Positions 43,301-46,914 of a stretch of DNA of 53,895 bases are shown here, piece by piece (the stretch's first letter is position 1; every line of letters starts with the position of its first letter). The position numbers and the translations under genes were made by a program. The stretch is taken from positions 1-53,895 of IMG/VR virus record IMGVR_UViG_3300020472_000035; one strand, 5' to 3'. Source of the DNA: a virus. Lineage: Duplodnaviria > Caudoviricetes. The notes below the pieces were generated by a model. The model did not search any database, was not told the origin of the DNA, and saw only the letters and a program-made list of their open reading frames with translations.

Positions 43301-43768
43301 TCCAACAGGATTAGACTGAGATGTTAATGGAAATCTTGAAGTAGTTCCATCAAAACTAGTTAAAGGACTTGCTAATTCAGACCATTTTAATTTTACCTGG
43401 TCATAATTAACACCAGGAGTCAGAGCAACGTTAGGAGCATGAGTAGTATTCTCATAGAAAATTACCTCATCACCAATTAAAACACTACCATTCTTATCTA
43501 AAAACCTATCAACACTCTCTACAACAATCGTATCGTCAGTTGCTGTTATCGCTTCTGTAACCTTAGTGGCACCATCTAGGATACCGATATCTAATTTATC
43601 AATATCGAGATAACCTAGAAAGTTATTTAAAATATTTTGTCCGAGACCTGTCTTTTCCTGAGAAGCATAATAGTACTCAAGAAATCTATTAAAGAGAGGA
43701 TATTCTGACTCTACGAAGTCTGGTGTCTGTGCGACTACCGCTTGTGATACCTTATTGATATTTGTCAT
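16373..43768 (-). CDS. gp7: Giant baseplate wedge initiator gp7 (9131 aa), multidomain
   Basis: Follows gp6. It has the gp7-type N-terminal motifs (PDFVESEYPLFNRFLEYYY; IKDFYSAKGTSYSISYLFKLLYGE) and the gp7 signature IQDSYYYQDFSYAVKS..W...VHPASFKVFGE at ~33250-33380. Accessory regions include YHYH, beta-propeller-like, two LamG-like, CBM-like, helical and His/Cys repeat domains. Confidence 0.9.
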   Translation of the reverse strand: MTNINKVSQAVVAQTPDFVESEYPLFNRFLEYYYASQEKTGLGQNILNNFLGYLDIDKLDIGILDGATKVTEAITATDDTIVVESVDRFLDKNGSVLIGDEVIFYENTTHAPNVALTPGVNYDQVKLKWSELASPLTSFDGTTSRFPLTSQSNPVGPPSAQHLIVRIYGDWLIPNVDYTVDGSHIVFATPPRARIPADDAAYTYITYLNGFIENELVAIDNISGSFGESKRQFTITKGGVRYEPIVDEYVIAVYDNVLLQPKIDYFLDGDQFIFKTAPLNGRILSLYAIEAPIPSFGSGAVGYAQISDTGTITGIAVNTTGSKYRFPYPPKVSITADTGGSGASATALVNGVKSLALLNGGYGYSESNPPVVQVQSPTLDGSTQATLKATVTNGAVTRIDIENSGSGYTFTPRITFRQPGGATLGTGQILSGSISTVPPITYGGFGYTTAPEVYVDEPTGDNPVRANIQATIVEGSISALTILNAGQGYTSTPRIAIIDPVGAQVLETIIDTDGRVTAIELLNGGSGYEDVPSVYIVDNRLDDRGNFIGGSGAKAVASIFNGQITDINVTEFGSGYSSATPPTIVIQAPPEAEASATIGVDEVTGFNINQSGSGYTKAQFLGCARAASAISSYTESGNANFTNDTIAAAHALDAPVKCLDSLFVKRLLDKYTEQFLPDVPTLDYTKIDVRTAIKTIKDFYSAKGTSYSISYLFKLLYGEQVNISYPKDQIIKPSAATWSIDTILRATIVTGDPADIKDGLLTQDADIADDNIKAATALVENFISIKTSEVEIYELILSEETIDGKFIVPYKTKLAEPLSATDGIITVDSTIGWPERNGEFVIGGSSDITEVIQYKEKSLNQFIECTRSVNGVVEDWDSATEVKSNFKVYVNKGTAQEVVMNVVGIVDAQQTTLTDTGSYYLPGDKLAISKLGGTDTKSELITWLYNVKKLISITGITFGGVNDQSATVTCANAHGLLVGDQVTIYGANPIIYNGTFLVTSRDSSTVFQYNLPQPGGVIPQGNILVSIDLNKGKSTSNQILTAIGSYTTNVQNTFFNDSYVYVASTGIPNYNIGPFPGSALLPGNQRKLNRFPRTAQTISTKNLINPGPIGTWVNGVSVWSYKSSLYKTFGAVTGISITNVGKEYDAASPPNITISGGSGSGAAASVIVNGSLSEVEVLTGGSGYTSSPLVSIVGGGGSGAAATAIITKGIVSRILINSGGTGYTSQPQITIVGGGGTGATATANVRGPIQSISVTSGGASYTSKPDVKLSSGSGAVAQAIVQNGRIISIAIISAGSGYTTAPEISIQGDGFGAVARASIDVDGENAGRVTSVEILNRGIGYIQGTTLINLTSVGQDALFAANVFQWTYNLQETTTLDDAKGGVFEGYNNQYGGEYAHLSNPQRLRYVLGDNLQEPTIGNVIEQAEQLDHSPIVGWAFDGNPIYGPYGYSDPTDQVSAINRLNTSYRLKAELVYDVITNPYPVRTAGPLLTEEPAGKFVEDYDYVFGLGDLDQYNGRFCKTPEFPTGRYCYFVTIDTTEQGNPEFPYVLGPSFNSVVDTWNLSTSAVQQNIPTGVVRYRDPYENVDIDVERAPNASTNALTTEDGELLLFEVEDENRDAVISQDETDDPDQIFEESPLQLFDYFPKVKFDSKVDIEVETITKFEDASVTGFTVENPGTSYQVNDRLDFDNTGTDGTGVSARVSHIKGETVNNYSFENVGGVNYGVLTTALPHNLVTDDQVVVSYTPIMNNTNKTFVVKQIKGVEEIIVNQSGSGYNSEIPPTMIIDGDGSGSTLQAVVSTVGSISEVKILNSGQDYTTNPRVILSHPQIYKKADYYVSKIENENYVKINDVYVNAAKEVFICGKTKDSFGYTIGFVSKLSATGVKDWEKTIKSTTGQQEVELEKILVDGNDIYAVGHNRPNSNILEAYNPDVILCKYTQADNGLSATLQYQKGYAGISGSTRSDNVSAIAKYSDTRFAIGGYTNTNSGNPYDAYIAVVDTVGNFAVKRKITSTNVSEKITDLLVNGTDIYYTFEIASTPNGASIDTGIGKAQLGTSAITLEWNKQLYNALYSFMDTSLSVDEFNELYITASTRLKADNTTKDGFWVGKLNTSGEILWNYRYAVAGGYTSYVAARSHIDIFGDLNIAVNKSLNATGEKTVDTVKIGYNGVIKNQTNNNFNVNNVEGITAYGLYPDSSGDLHVYGQTSWNRNELLLEFTNGETTDTTGHYTPTFIGEGDALKFDSTNGFAKLLGKDTVTPTTWENAVIKLAGADLGTKMASDWTVEFMLYKDTANSNTQTHNQTQQTLIAIGDATVSTGGLWLYYDIASGELQLVVTASGTALNSASGALQSTVTTMFADNTWQFIGLKKEGGQFTAYVNGIQVLQGTIDNTAFGNKDLYIGNIPGRSGTLDNWRSNEQGQYWVDNLRLRNRAVTPTVPGDVTNYPVAGGFGESNIWVDTAWFSTYTNKYDYIDYTGWGLKVDKNADATRIGTQTTQTNTQLGFTRTAIAIQTGNELTINNTGFALAEAGFQNLDFDDADTSMTQDSESLNYLQDVWSSRTATVPSPGSQKLKVTAVVKDRYFFKVTPTVKIDNIQELTLNQQFVFTTGAKLVLNNDSDVFINSGYIIRQDTVNKKIYLAVNNNPWSNDLNTGKLLTEQFNEQSSYGIVGPIPADINELVFTFSQVNNTTPGTFDIDLNTYDHPEGGTNNLDDLCKLKPYSDDDYSIRIDEVSGGSPFIVGSVININSGDISYNSEYTTAQITNLTGVLKITLVATLTKTLQVTAVGNSDEVYVITGSSHYLTEGEVINVDGNPSQTYDPGSGPVVYDEYDGAFPIHSVVSPVEFTYKLNQVALTSPAPSGSSVSIYVKSPVLKMYYGHQYLFDVSHSSMAGGNLSFSKDNLYKLEYSFNSIERVGTPGITGQGVPTPTVKLKVDDDIVTNISYYFDPSRPDAATSPVIPSSYLDVTDSPYKGQFTIHSISGATITRGADTIKFRLANEPEGNADIINTTYSTSSLKAVGSINDIRIVNPGGFYTRLPVVTTIQSSRQIERVQINEPGTEYAVGVYNSVPIGGDGEGGFVSITVADGTDDDGVTIPGQIQEVVVTSPGKGYTTATIDVESISGILGAGLTGSGVDLTVVIPPVGTGASIFTRGTKVGKIKKLKNNNFGYDYPHDYTLRPEISFPINAQLTSTSILDSITITDPGSGYSQSPTVVITGGGGFNATAEATIKNGRLDDIIVKDPGSGYSSAPVVSLRSSFNYVVNLDLGLLQFAFPHGIQNGAEVTLTVTDTGDGADFPLAAGAIGRLNASNTYYAIAGAANSLETNQLKLAITASNAALGDAITFVNAGEGRQTVLTESFGGAATANVVTSTFLEGELVYQGDSLDAATASGYVSTNSGWQVGPRVIKIVDYTGDFSENQRITGVISKSSGIISDLKVARGVLEIGSITKTTGQFIDDIGKPSEIIQKIQDSYYYQDFSYAVKSAVSIGEWKEILLKNVHPASFKVFGELNLSDYGQIPNKETDFQITKAVELAREAIVPNIQSFSLVEPVYSEFNNSEVLFRQKRLTSSENILTSVVQRLDDISNQFDGVKTQFPLQVNGDNVVANANQLMIILNGVAQTPGTSFTILGDSIVFSQPPQPPASVKYVNVDIQQIDIKQVVFTNISGIFPIRGNTMVGQESLTRFTVTAIVGDDVQGYFTEGTAFQANELVNNSATGFVANYVSISDISNLGLFVFGETVSNHDGQTAKVEAINLAGGAEDPLAQLRYGVGPSTAAIEVVAPKQISTDPDTPPAAGTFVVSSNYQIGSEIVTVTQITVNNDSWTLEVTRGQLGTTAFTQAEDGPVYSTSIAVNNKLTLSKTTGTYQSTPGLFDLALDDVIMGAQSGVVARLTATATYQDPTTNEFIGQVNISEGSSFFGLLFNRVTSITYPNIVLDDISKSTISVVDYETFTTDIDSQFPANEYVSNIVIPYDNANGTLVVGEMIRNYKISYGNNIGDFVTGEDGKARKLTFKDKQGSGLFGTGQIIRTRDTKAEVIGFNYSGNTIYLGKIGRSLRHGADYHVINFSNSAQLDTAQKKFGTASLLLDAATNDYVQIPKSSEFAPGTGDYTIEFWVRLDAASLTGTITLVDMRESATEVAPRIYLEAAQVRLNVNGSDIANTGANVLNNNVWYHLVIQRTGTDVKIVSNGTEIGTGTDSGNYTANKPIRIGSDWQGLNSLAGWIDEFRYSRLARYATVPFTSPNGIWQGDTDTKLLVHFDGADAATVTEDWSGGESFGKGEFVNNDALSVTYKSNIAGAPTGFNGKIHRYKNAADLLILNKELLAQESVYIMKQVYPAHTIIGSESDCEDDVRDVIDSLVEDLRNGSNHHMWKASSYYVDRTTNPVTILNVEDDVSMTVYTFEVLDRIIKYIVTNTPWDIQGDHGLIQHYDTSITNDGYTTQVLEKYSPTDISYHPTMGDMLITAANHNLNGPHHITATNAAYTATTGVLTITVPTSQVSVTGATYDHATGVMVLTIGAHTLTTDDSVKIATGGITFSCDNSGVGTGAYPRAAGANTPNGEDYAYDKYLRIQDVTATTISVNVNGGAGAISHAYAHTYSSSLSNCLTVGHGLKNGDRIKFEPNSITMTCTCDNNTVSQSYPRPEDPAGQGWLEVSNVATGTFDVNVGKSPAISYTAASATYDADTGFLTMDIGDNDLKPGSKHSVHNADYTASTGVMTMNVGNDQYHVRDADYSAISGDLELTIDAHNIETGQKVKISDNSLHFSCDMDGHTTTHSYPRQSDPAHNNQLEVSHVTDTSITVNVGISPKVTLTPTAATFTPTTGVMALTVGDHDLQAPSVHSPTSAAYDPNTGVVTLTLANHGFAEGDKVRLADNALTMSCNFGGATGGAAQKTYPRSTDPISGKFIPITNVTANTFDIQCLAIIPSTNTDAHSFVSFAAGGLERQNTSIRIKSNSLLFTCGYGTGVHSYPRSIVDLHTVTTGAYNPTTGIMTLDLVAGHGMKNGDRVRIPDYNIVMTCAKDDHTTQHSYPRPGDYISGKWIPVQNVQSTSVDVQVLDVVPSTNTSAHTFVGYMGNLEQHRDMFYEMPVNIDSVGSRHTITAASYSGATGVMTITIGAGHSFNNGDKVMIQDDTLSLTCSFGSGGTKTYPRATDYASSRWLEVSNVSGNDFDVQVLDVVPSTNTDTHTFSSAVANGLTHQSGVITINVGKSSNTTTHTFDSAVADAIICGGDYKHKFKSADPNPITVEHGFYTGDRVMFDRDSLIFKCSMDNYGSEHTYPRITDPYYNKWLPISNVTHTEFDVNVGTTANVQHNVTGATYDNASGDMVLTIGANHGLQVGDDVIIGNNALTFTCSMDGNTANKTYPRNITSTHSVDYTGVSYNSTTGVMSIQTDGDHGFQDGDKITIADNSLSFTCGEDNHITTHTYPRSTDPISGKYIEVFNCQASTFDVNVLMGTTPTNTTDHTCTASTANSITRRIDRAYESSIPISFVDQTAGTITVNVGAAPQVDYDVSDASFDTASGVMTLQVGRRTATGATYDPSTGNLKITTGAHSLTTTDSIKIVANSLTFSCTYGAGIHNYVGGNVTNAVSVSGTNEDVNFASYVAQTGYLIVNIGSHSYTTSDTITIAQDALTFTCSLDNHGSNHTYPRATDPAFNTALPILAVDQLNGTITCAVGVSSPGNTYPRSSGAATTSGADYAYDKWLPITAYDSTSFTVNVNGGQGQISIGNEAHTFVSAAANGIVTKNHLTPNTKIKIPANALSFSCTYGSGNHTYNGGTASNAVNEVGTSNQYNVTNATYTHSTGELVLTTNSTTITAPTTHTPEAGTTYEPSTGIMTIKKTGHGFAAGDLVKLADNAVTFKCAQDNYISLHSYPRASDPISDKWIAIVGIVDADQYNIQVLDVVPSSNSTAHTFVSATTNGIQHASSMITIDANSLSFTCDADSNNSSHTYPRSTDPFYNTNIAVEGVSGGTLTVNVGKVAGGQVKTYPRASGCTGGNCVGGADPFYDKPINIDSVTDYEITLNVGIASGTSAPHTWAGGLAKGAVVAGAPYTHTWAGGTASNAVTSGGSYTHQFISASPGGMTRSGETLKLLKDALTFTCSQDNDSTDHSYPRVDDPFYNTALPIWGNGSTSRMTVEGATYNTVTGMLTMTILNHGLTTSNEIRIENYSLTFTCGKDNHSTEHAYPRPNDPFAARWLKINAASDHTFTVFVGKAGVEGQFGHLFVKSNPHGIVKRDNSVTINVGATPTVAYTPSAATYNPSTGALALTIDAHSHPAPTTHTPTDVAYNPVSGVMTLTIAGHNFSNGEKVKIADGGLKLSCNFGGASGGAAQKDYPRASDPVSNKWIEIFNVTTDTFDVQVLDAIPSTNVDTHTFVSAVSGCVSKANSTIKIAPDSLIMTCAMDGSVEKHTYPRSNVATHTAGTGTIYNPVTGALTVNIPTESFTPTAVTYNPTSGDMTMTISANAGSYNISGATYSPSAGTLVLTIGSHSLTTNDRIKFTPESIKFTCDFNNDNNQTVKSYPRSAGASTATGADYAYDTWLDIAAVGATTIEVNVNGGAGAITDISNHTFTSALDGAIQVGHGIIPGNKIKLAPNSLTMTCDYNSDGNTTQKTYPRASGATTTSGADYAYDTWLQVRAADSNTITVNVNGGQGAITDTTTHNFVSASANAVTLGHGMVSGTPIKIKDNSLKFRCLEDQNATIHTYPRATDPASDKWLFISKVTDSQFEVDILQGTTPTNTTTHTYAGSDTDGIIQGDPLVAQAIPIDAVGATTVTVNALDGYSPSFTPAHTLSSVAPYRFTPSTVAYDPATGHMTITVPTTQHTASAVTYNPVTGDMEITVGSHSLAVGQEILIAPNSLIFTCDYNNDGNTTNKSYPRATGAATPSGADYAYNNHLPIRATTATTITVNVNGGGGAVTDTSAHNFVSASAQGISIFHGIRSGEKIRITNESLSFRCAKDQYSSIHEYPRTTDPASGRWLTVVNPTNNTFTVDVGVAAFADQYTHTFESSSVNSITRAIVTTGGNYHHTFKSGLTNGIRTGGEYTHTFVSAAHRGIHVAGDSIYIADDSLRFTCSKDAHATQHDYPRASDPASKQVLEVKNASANTFVVNVGKSPSDNVHDHKFVSADSNCITKSDYKVTSCSDVYTTSNNLISILTDTISNAALTTPVDHLATVTDLGPVHEYVGGTIHSYMEVPFKVTYDNPGADLVYTDRIDIFSRYRFRDAAELIRQNRGAIVDKAAYDMLQKYPALAQDMPRNQNGGSTDGTERCKTDLGQVVDGIATDIEQGGNKNVITAAGFYLGLNDEIQHIRLQLPQSVYVHERLIYYLKQAVDGTLTQDNTENLIVGDWGVTNNDSTTQYDVYNASYIPSTGDMTLTVAVNTGTFSVTGAVYNPTSGDLSLTIGTHTLVIGDQIGIKTESLVFTCDYNGNGNQTQKAYPRSFGANTTNGADYAYDNFLPITAVNQGGGTITVNVNGGQGAVTDTTTHNFVLTASATNCITVGHGFSVGDSIQIADDALTFNCQMNAGATNKTYPRATDPFYQKPVTIDAVTTTTITVNVGATPEVKYTATNAEYNPTGGNLKLWIGNHNLKVGHPIRINPNSLKFRCFMDDYMTLKSYPRTTDPFYNLPMEITEATAETISVLVGTTPKVLHNVSNATYNPTTGVMVLTLAVNHGLVANTSIKLAPNSLTFTCDFNSDGNVTQKSYPRSAGASTGTGEDYAYDTAINIDSADQAAGTITINVNGGQGAISDTTTHNYVSSLAGAVISGGDYLHQFASADIEGIIAGGDYVHAWAGGTASNAISVIGDCADVKTNIEALITSVNDIIAPTGLDYHIAGNRLYFNREYIAQDVTSSIVNEFTYQAGSANYQAFTFPSPGGVSGQLTCERDVELIVKSIISDLQTGGNNSTIKALEYYVAADGTLTQVEDEVIATVYGMTVLKTVGAEVVRNNAYNSSESIPFGGYQSQGASSPAYRDTESTTDIDEVVGRWNELVDIVIDFFAPGKDDARSGMKNILFNANYYKEELTNLVNTQFGNGQWIYNDFVDELLGNMVQDSITTDIEHKHEARVLQLASVAGNFIVGEILTDSTTGGYAMILEWDAKDSRLYIGPYMNNLPVAIGNTVQGQTTGAGVIASNGVSAPFDWYTHPANVEILRNARLITSTVQDQIVSNNIGYQYPEDLTSGNTLTNATITSNALVGPDNSLTADKIVTTAIAGEHNMFRNYSLNAYETWDSGSVKFDTTNETFDTGEVGTVPSQQFTYSIFLKAAEFSNVRVMVSLDEDTATKQQAFFDCDLTTGTTGSLFTPQGGVTVNDHGIIPYGSGWYRAYITITCSFGFSQLRQQVIVKNATGQTNYTGDGTSGIYGWGQKLTKNVIDPYASGSGEIFYADTAYNIKTYTINQLEIWIDQALHGGLLNPSAQSGFVPYFSESASNNYDPFSIARLTRYSLDIIRNQLLNSTYYTDIIVQHGIKLATKTYGTRDVPVGIAGGLNASDYLYGMSSGAYGELESIGMNEGEIVEVHQRFRIDADIIDGPFIMNETCQKQGDATVTGRIYGFFEDENFKYLDVAVTGGTFAVLDYVVGATNTTTAQINAIEDRIQITDLVGEFADNIPFKGYDSGATAVPTGFLKAEAAVTDNSGGKLTVDTETLTGTFETTATIYPATSKLYIDVLKYDGLDLNIGHRISSTGHYRLGISIIDNKNVFVVGNKLNKITNGIMDINNYGNITEVDIDNNLVYIDIVKGDIQNGDQVGDFATGVDPVNPQGHANVVTRVVVTGAATGLVQAIQTAGLHKRFYLSDVRGTFSGRDGIMSKDNYKGSILSKVDLKGRVERAFRGFDGSQTTFKLTIENGTKYFPDPAGHMLLFINGVLQPPGSANAYTAFSDNIQFTEAPDLGASFTGFYVGKLRQLDDISFEFDSLRQSFNLRRDDVFYSLTLTDGVQSSTILPENNIICSLNGVIQEPGVGFELVGSRIIFSEIPRVGSTFVAFSYVGSEADVDAAEVVPPIEVGDFIDIQGETEDREVAVIESSNSLITFDYLGSVFGQDAKGSAQLTSGTIEKVQVTSGGSGYTTRPTVRVDSISGFDGNIRALVGVAGVEISNAGSGYENPIVSVETSVPDDWTAPDLSLYGEEPVDPETP
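20373..21710 (-). repeat. Second nested repeat cluster in gp7 (4 YPR domains)
   Basis: Four A.YNP.TG openings, four F.C motifs, four YPR motifs and four closing H.(F/Y/W) strands, in nested order. Confidence 0.85.
22380..30450 (-). repeat. Main nested repeat cluster in gp7 (25 YPR domains, ~2690 aa)
   Basis: 25 YPR motifs counted. Unit: A.YNP.TG.(M/L).LT / H.L..GD.I.I...SL.F.C / YPR..DP...I..V...TF.VNVG / HTF.SA..G(I/V). Confidence 0.9.
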
Positions 43769-43773
43769 CTACT

Positions 43774-45798
43774 CTACAAACAAGATGATGTGTTTAAGTT
43801 GGTTGCTGTCTGGGTTGCGACCGTAACCGTTGAAGGTGTTTGGTCGAAAATTGTTGGTGTCAAACTATTTAGTGGGATAGTGGGAGGTGGTGCAGTTCCT
43901 ACAGCAGCTACTGTAATTTCTGGCAATACGATATTAATAATTGTCCCTGGAGTAGAAGCAGGAATACTATTAGAGTTTGAAGGGATGAACTGGACTGGTA
44001 TTTGAAGATCTACAGGAAGTAACGTAGAATCTGTAACAGATCCAGCTCCTGTTTGAGAATCAGTGATATTAACTGCAGTCAGTGATATGTTTAATCCCGC
44101 ACCAATAATAGCAATTGGTCCAAAGGCAATTTCACCAGTATCATAGTTAACAGTACCAGCATTGGCATTAGTATAGATTTTTCTGGTTCCTGTGTTATAG
44201 AACGTTCTTAAATTTCCATAACCATCATCTTCAAATTGCTGATCAACACCTGGTCTGTCAGAAGTTCTAAATGTTCCAGAAAGAAGAATTGGTTCCTTTT
44301 TACAAACGCCATCACCACCATCCTTACTTGGAGCACTATTATAGAGTGCAGAACCAGTAGAAATGGAATATGTGTTAGTTTGGTTCGTAGTAGGTTTAAT
44401 ATAACGTAAAACTGTAGTTTGAAGAGAAACGTCAGTTACACACCTATCTGCTAAAGTAATTGCTTTTTCAAACTGTGATGATCTAAACGTTGAATTAAAG
44501 TTATTGATTTGAGTCTGTGTTGCCCAAGCCTCAACAGCTGCAGATACATTTGTTTTAATTGTAGAAGTATCAGATCCACAACCAGTATCATACTGAACAA
44601 ATACTTTTGGATAAATGTATACATTCTCTGGGTCAATTACAACAGGATCAATAGATGCCATTGCATAACCCCTTAAATCAGCAGCAATACTTTTTTTAGT
44701 CTGATCATTAAGGAGTGATCCAGTTTTTGTCTTAATAGCAATGTAAACTTTACCGTAAATTGGTGGATTTAGTGAGTCACCACCATATGCAACAACAGAT
44801 TCTGCATTATCATAGACCTTTTTAGTGATAATTGAGTAATCTTGTGCTGTTACTGCTCTGTACTGAGAAGAATAGTATCTTGGAGCGTTATATTTGATAG
44901 ATTCAATAGTTTCAGCAACTTCTCCGTTACCAGACTTCATTTTCAAAGTCATAGTAATATCAGATGCTGTATAGGTTCTTGCAAGACTATCTTCGCATCT
45001 ACCAATGAAATTAAAGACATTTACGTCATTTGCTTCCGCACCATCAGTTACCAAGTATTCTAAGGTTACAACCTCACCATCAGATAGAGCACGACCTATG
45101 CTATCATCACCGAATTTTATCTCATAACGCATATCTTCACCCTCAGAGAGGAAATATACACGTGATGTAGGAGTAAGACTTGTTATAGTATCAACTTTAT
45201 TGTATAAATCTGATGTTGTAGAAGTTTCGTTTGCCTTTACATTAACAGTGAGTGTAGAAATATCACAATTTTCAGAAGGTATCTTGTAGACTTGTGAAGC
45301 AAATGTATTAACTGTGTATGAGAACTGAAGAATTGCCCCTTGCTTTACTGTAACATCATCATATGTTGCAATTCCAGTGGTAGGATCAACAGATATTGTA
45401 GTATCTGCTAAAATATTCCACATAAATGCACCACCTTGCAAGATTGCACCTTTCTTAAGGGTAACTGTGCTAGGATATGCCTCACTAGTCTTCTTAGTCT
45501 GTAAAACAAGCTTCACACACGCCCTAGCAGCGACTACAGAGCGTGGAACATAGTTTAGGAGTTTTGCTATATTAACGACGTTATCTCTTACTGTAGCAGA
45601 CGGTAGGAATGCCTCATTCATGCTCATGTTAGCATTGAATGCGGTATAGTAAGTATTGTATGCTAGAGTATCAATCAGATACGATAGCGCAGCACCTTCA
45701 AAGTCATAATCTGTAAACTCTGATCTGGTTCTTAGATATGATTTTATTGAAGACTTAATATCTCCAAAATCTAATGCTGTTAAATTGTTTGGCTGCAT
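43774..45798 (-). CDS. gp6: Baseplate wedge subunit gp6
   Basis: 674 aa. Motifs LDFGDIKSSIKSYLR..EFTDYDFEG, LAYNTYYTAFNANM..NEAFL.SAT.RDNVV and RAVTAQDY. Confidence 0.96.
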   Translation of the reverse strand: MQPNNLTALDFGDIKSSIKSYLRTRSEFTDYDFEGAALSYLIDTLAYNTYYTAFNANMSMNEAFLPSATVRDNVVNIAKLLNYVPRSVVAARACVKLVLQTKKTSEAYPSTVTLKKGAILQGGAFMWNILADTTISVDPTTGIATYDDVTVKQGAILQFSYTVNTFASQVYKIPSENCDISTLTVNVKANETSTTSDLYNKVDTITSLTPTSRVYFLSEGEDMRYEIKFGDDSIGRALSDGEVVTLEYLVTDGAEANDVNVFNFIGRCEDSLARTYTASDITMTLKMKSGNGEVAETIESIKYNAPRYYSSQYRAVTAQDYSIITKKVYDNAESVVAYGGDSLNPPIYGKVYIAIKTKTGSLLNDQTKKSIAADLRGYAMASIDPVVIDPENVYIYPKVFVQYDTGCGSDTSTIKTNVSAAVEAWATQTQINNFNSTFRSSQFEKAITLADRCVTDVSLQTTVLRYIKPTTNQTNTYSISTGSALYNSAPSKDGGDGVCKKEPILLSGTFRTSDRPGVDQQFEDDGYGNLRTFYNTGTRKIYTNANAGTVNYDTGEIAFGPIAIIGAGLNISLTAVNITDSQTGAGSVTDSTLLPVDLQIPVQFIPSNSNSIPASTPGTIINIVLPEITVAAVGTAPPPTIPLNSLTPTIFDQTPSTVTVATQTATNLNTSSCL

Positions 45799-46217
45799 TA
45801 TTCAGGTCTCTGTAACACGAAATTGACGGTTTCCACAATGGGTTGGCCAACTATTCTATATTCAACAGTTACATCAAACGAATTGGTATCATCATTAGCC
45901 CTAACAGTAATTGGTCCTAAAGTTATTCTAGGCTCATACTGACCAAGAGTATTTATGATCTCATCCCGAATCGCATCTGCTGTAAACAGATCCATCGGTT
46001 CAAAAAGCAAATCGAAGACACCTGATCCAATTTCAGGTTGGAACAATTTCTCTCCCCTTTGTGTAAGTACTAAATTTTTAATTGATTGTTTGATAGCATT
46101 CTCATTCTTTACCACACCAGCGTCTTTTGTAAAGGTATTCATAAGCAACCCAATGCCTACATCCTTATATGCACGTGATAAATTGACTTTAGATCCTCTA
46201 ATCTCTTTTAACGCCAT
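45798..46217 (-). CDS. gp25: Baseplate wedge subunit gp25
   Basis: 139 aa. Motifs NENAIKQSIKNLVLTQRGEKLFQPEIGS..FDLLFEP and YEPRI; TAATG coupling to gp6. Confidence 0.95.
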   Translation of the reverse strand: MALKEIRGSKVNLSRAYKDVGIGLLMNTFTKDAGVVKNENAIKQSIKNLVLTQRGEKLFQPEIGSGVFDLLFEPMDLFTADAIRDEIINTLGQYEPRITLGPITVRANDDTNSFDVTVEYRIVGQPIVETVNFVLQRPE

Positions 46218-46546
46218 CAGATTTTATAGAAAGTATAGCTCAAAAATAGTTCTTCACCTGCTTCAATAGGTCTAATGACCTTAACATAATATCTTTTTAT
46301 TGACTTATAGTGGGTTTTTGTCAAATTATACATTTTTTCGACCCTTGAACACGTTTTTTCGCAATTTGGAATGTCATTATGGTTAATAAACCCACCTAAC
46401 GGTGTTCTAACGATCTCTTCTTGCAAAATAATGTGGGAAAGACCCAGTTCAGTCCCTACTTTTAATGGAACTTTGGTAAATATACCCTGTCCTGCGACAG
46501 GACTAGCACCAATGTATAATCCTTCGGGTAATGCCTGATAAGTCAC
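46217..46546 (-). CDS. Stand-alone SET-domain protein (putative lysine methyltransferase)
   Basis: 109 aa, GTG start. Has S..AGQGIF (motif I), GFINHNDIPNC (NHS-like) and IEAGEELFLSY (ELxxxY). Confidence 0.85.
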   Translation of the reverse strand: MTYQALPEGLYIGASPVAGQGIFTKVPLKVGTELGLSHIILQEEIVRTPLGGFINHNDIPNCEKTCSRVEKMYNLTKTHYKSIKRYYVKVIRPIEAGEELFLSYTFYKI

Positions 46547-46560
46547 TAATCATAATGTAA

Positions 46561-46764
46561 CTAATTATTATTTATCGAGGCAACACAGTCTTGCACAGCT
46601 TTAAGCCTTTGATATAATTTATCGCAAGCAGGTTCCGTCTTTCTAGACTTCCAAACCTGCATTACCATTAAATCGAATTCGTCATCCGTTAACCATAAAG
46701 GCATCGGATATTTTTTTGGTTTGTTTAGTCGGGACTCCGACCAAGCTTCATTTATCTCGTCCAT
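46561..46764 (-). CDS. Hypothetical protein
   Basis: 67-aa ORF in a tightly packed minus-strand run. Confidence 0.6.
   Translation of the reverse strand: MDEINEAWSESRLNKPKKYPMPLWLTDDEFDLMVMQVWKSRKTEPACDKLYQRLKAVQDCVASINNN
46569..46576 (-). promoter_or_regulatory. T4-type late promoter GATAAATA for the SET-gp25-gp6-gp7 operon
   Basis: NATAAATA ~23 nt upstream of the SET start codon. Confidence 0.7.
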
Positions 46765-46912
46765 TTTCAGGTGTTTTGGTTAGATACTCACACTCTTCGG
46801 TCCATTCATCCATTGCTTCACGGACAATAGACTTCATTTCATCACGCCACTTCTTACGATACTCCTCATATTTCTCCATTCTCTTTTCTTTGATCTTTTT
46901 GAAGTTGAACAT
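46748..46912 (-). CDS. Small charged helical protein (54 aa, not in track)
   Basis: MFNFKKIKEKRMEKYEEYRKKWRDEMKSIVREAMDEW...; fills the gap between its neighbours. Confidence 0.6.
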   Translation of the reverse strand: MFNFKKIKEKRMEKYEEYRKKWRDEMKSIVREAMDEWTEECEYLTKTPENGRDK

Positions 46913-46914
46913 GA

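Noticed and set aside
30-46269. Numerous 60-140-aa plus-strand and off-frame minus-strand ORFs in the track (e.g. 9985-10407, 1857-2150, 45955-46269, 17902-18174)
   Set aside because: They lie within or antisense to long, clearly recognisable genes, have no RBS or family motifs, and show the composition typical of shadow frames.
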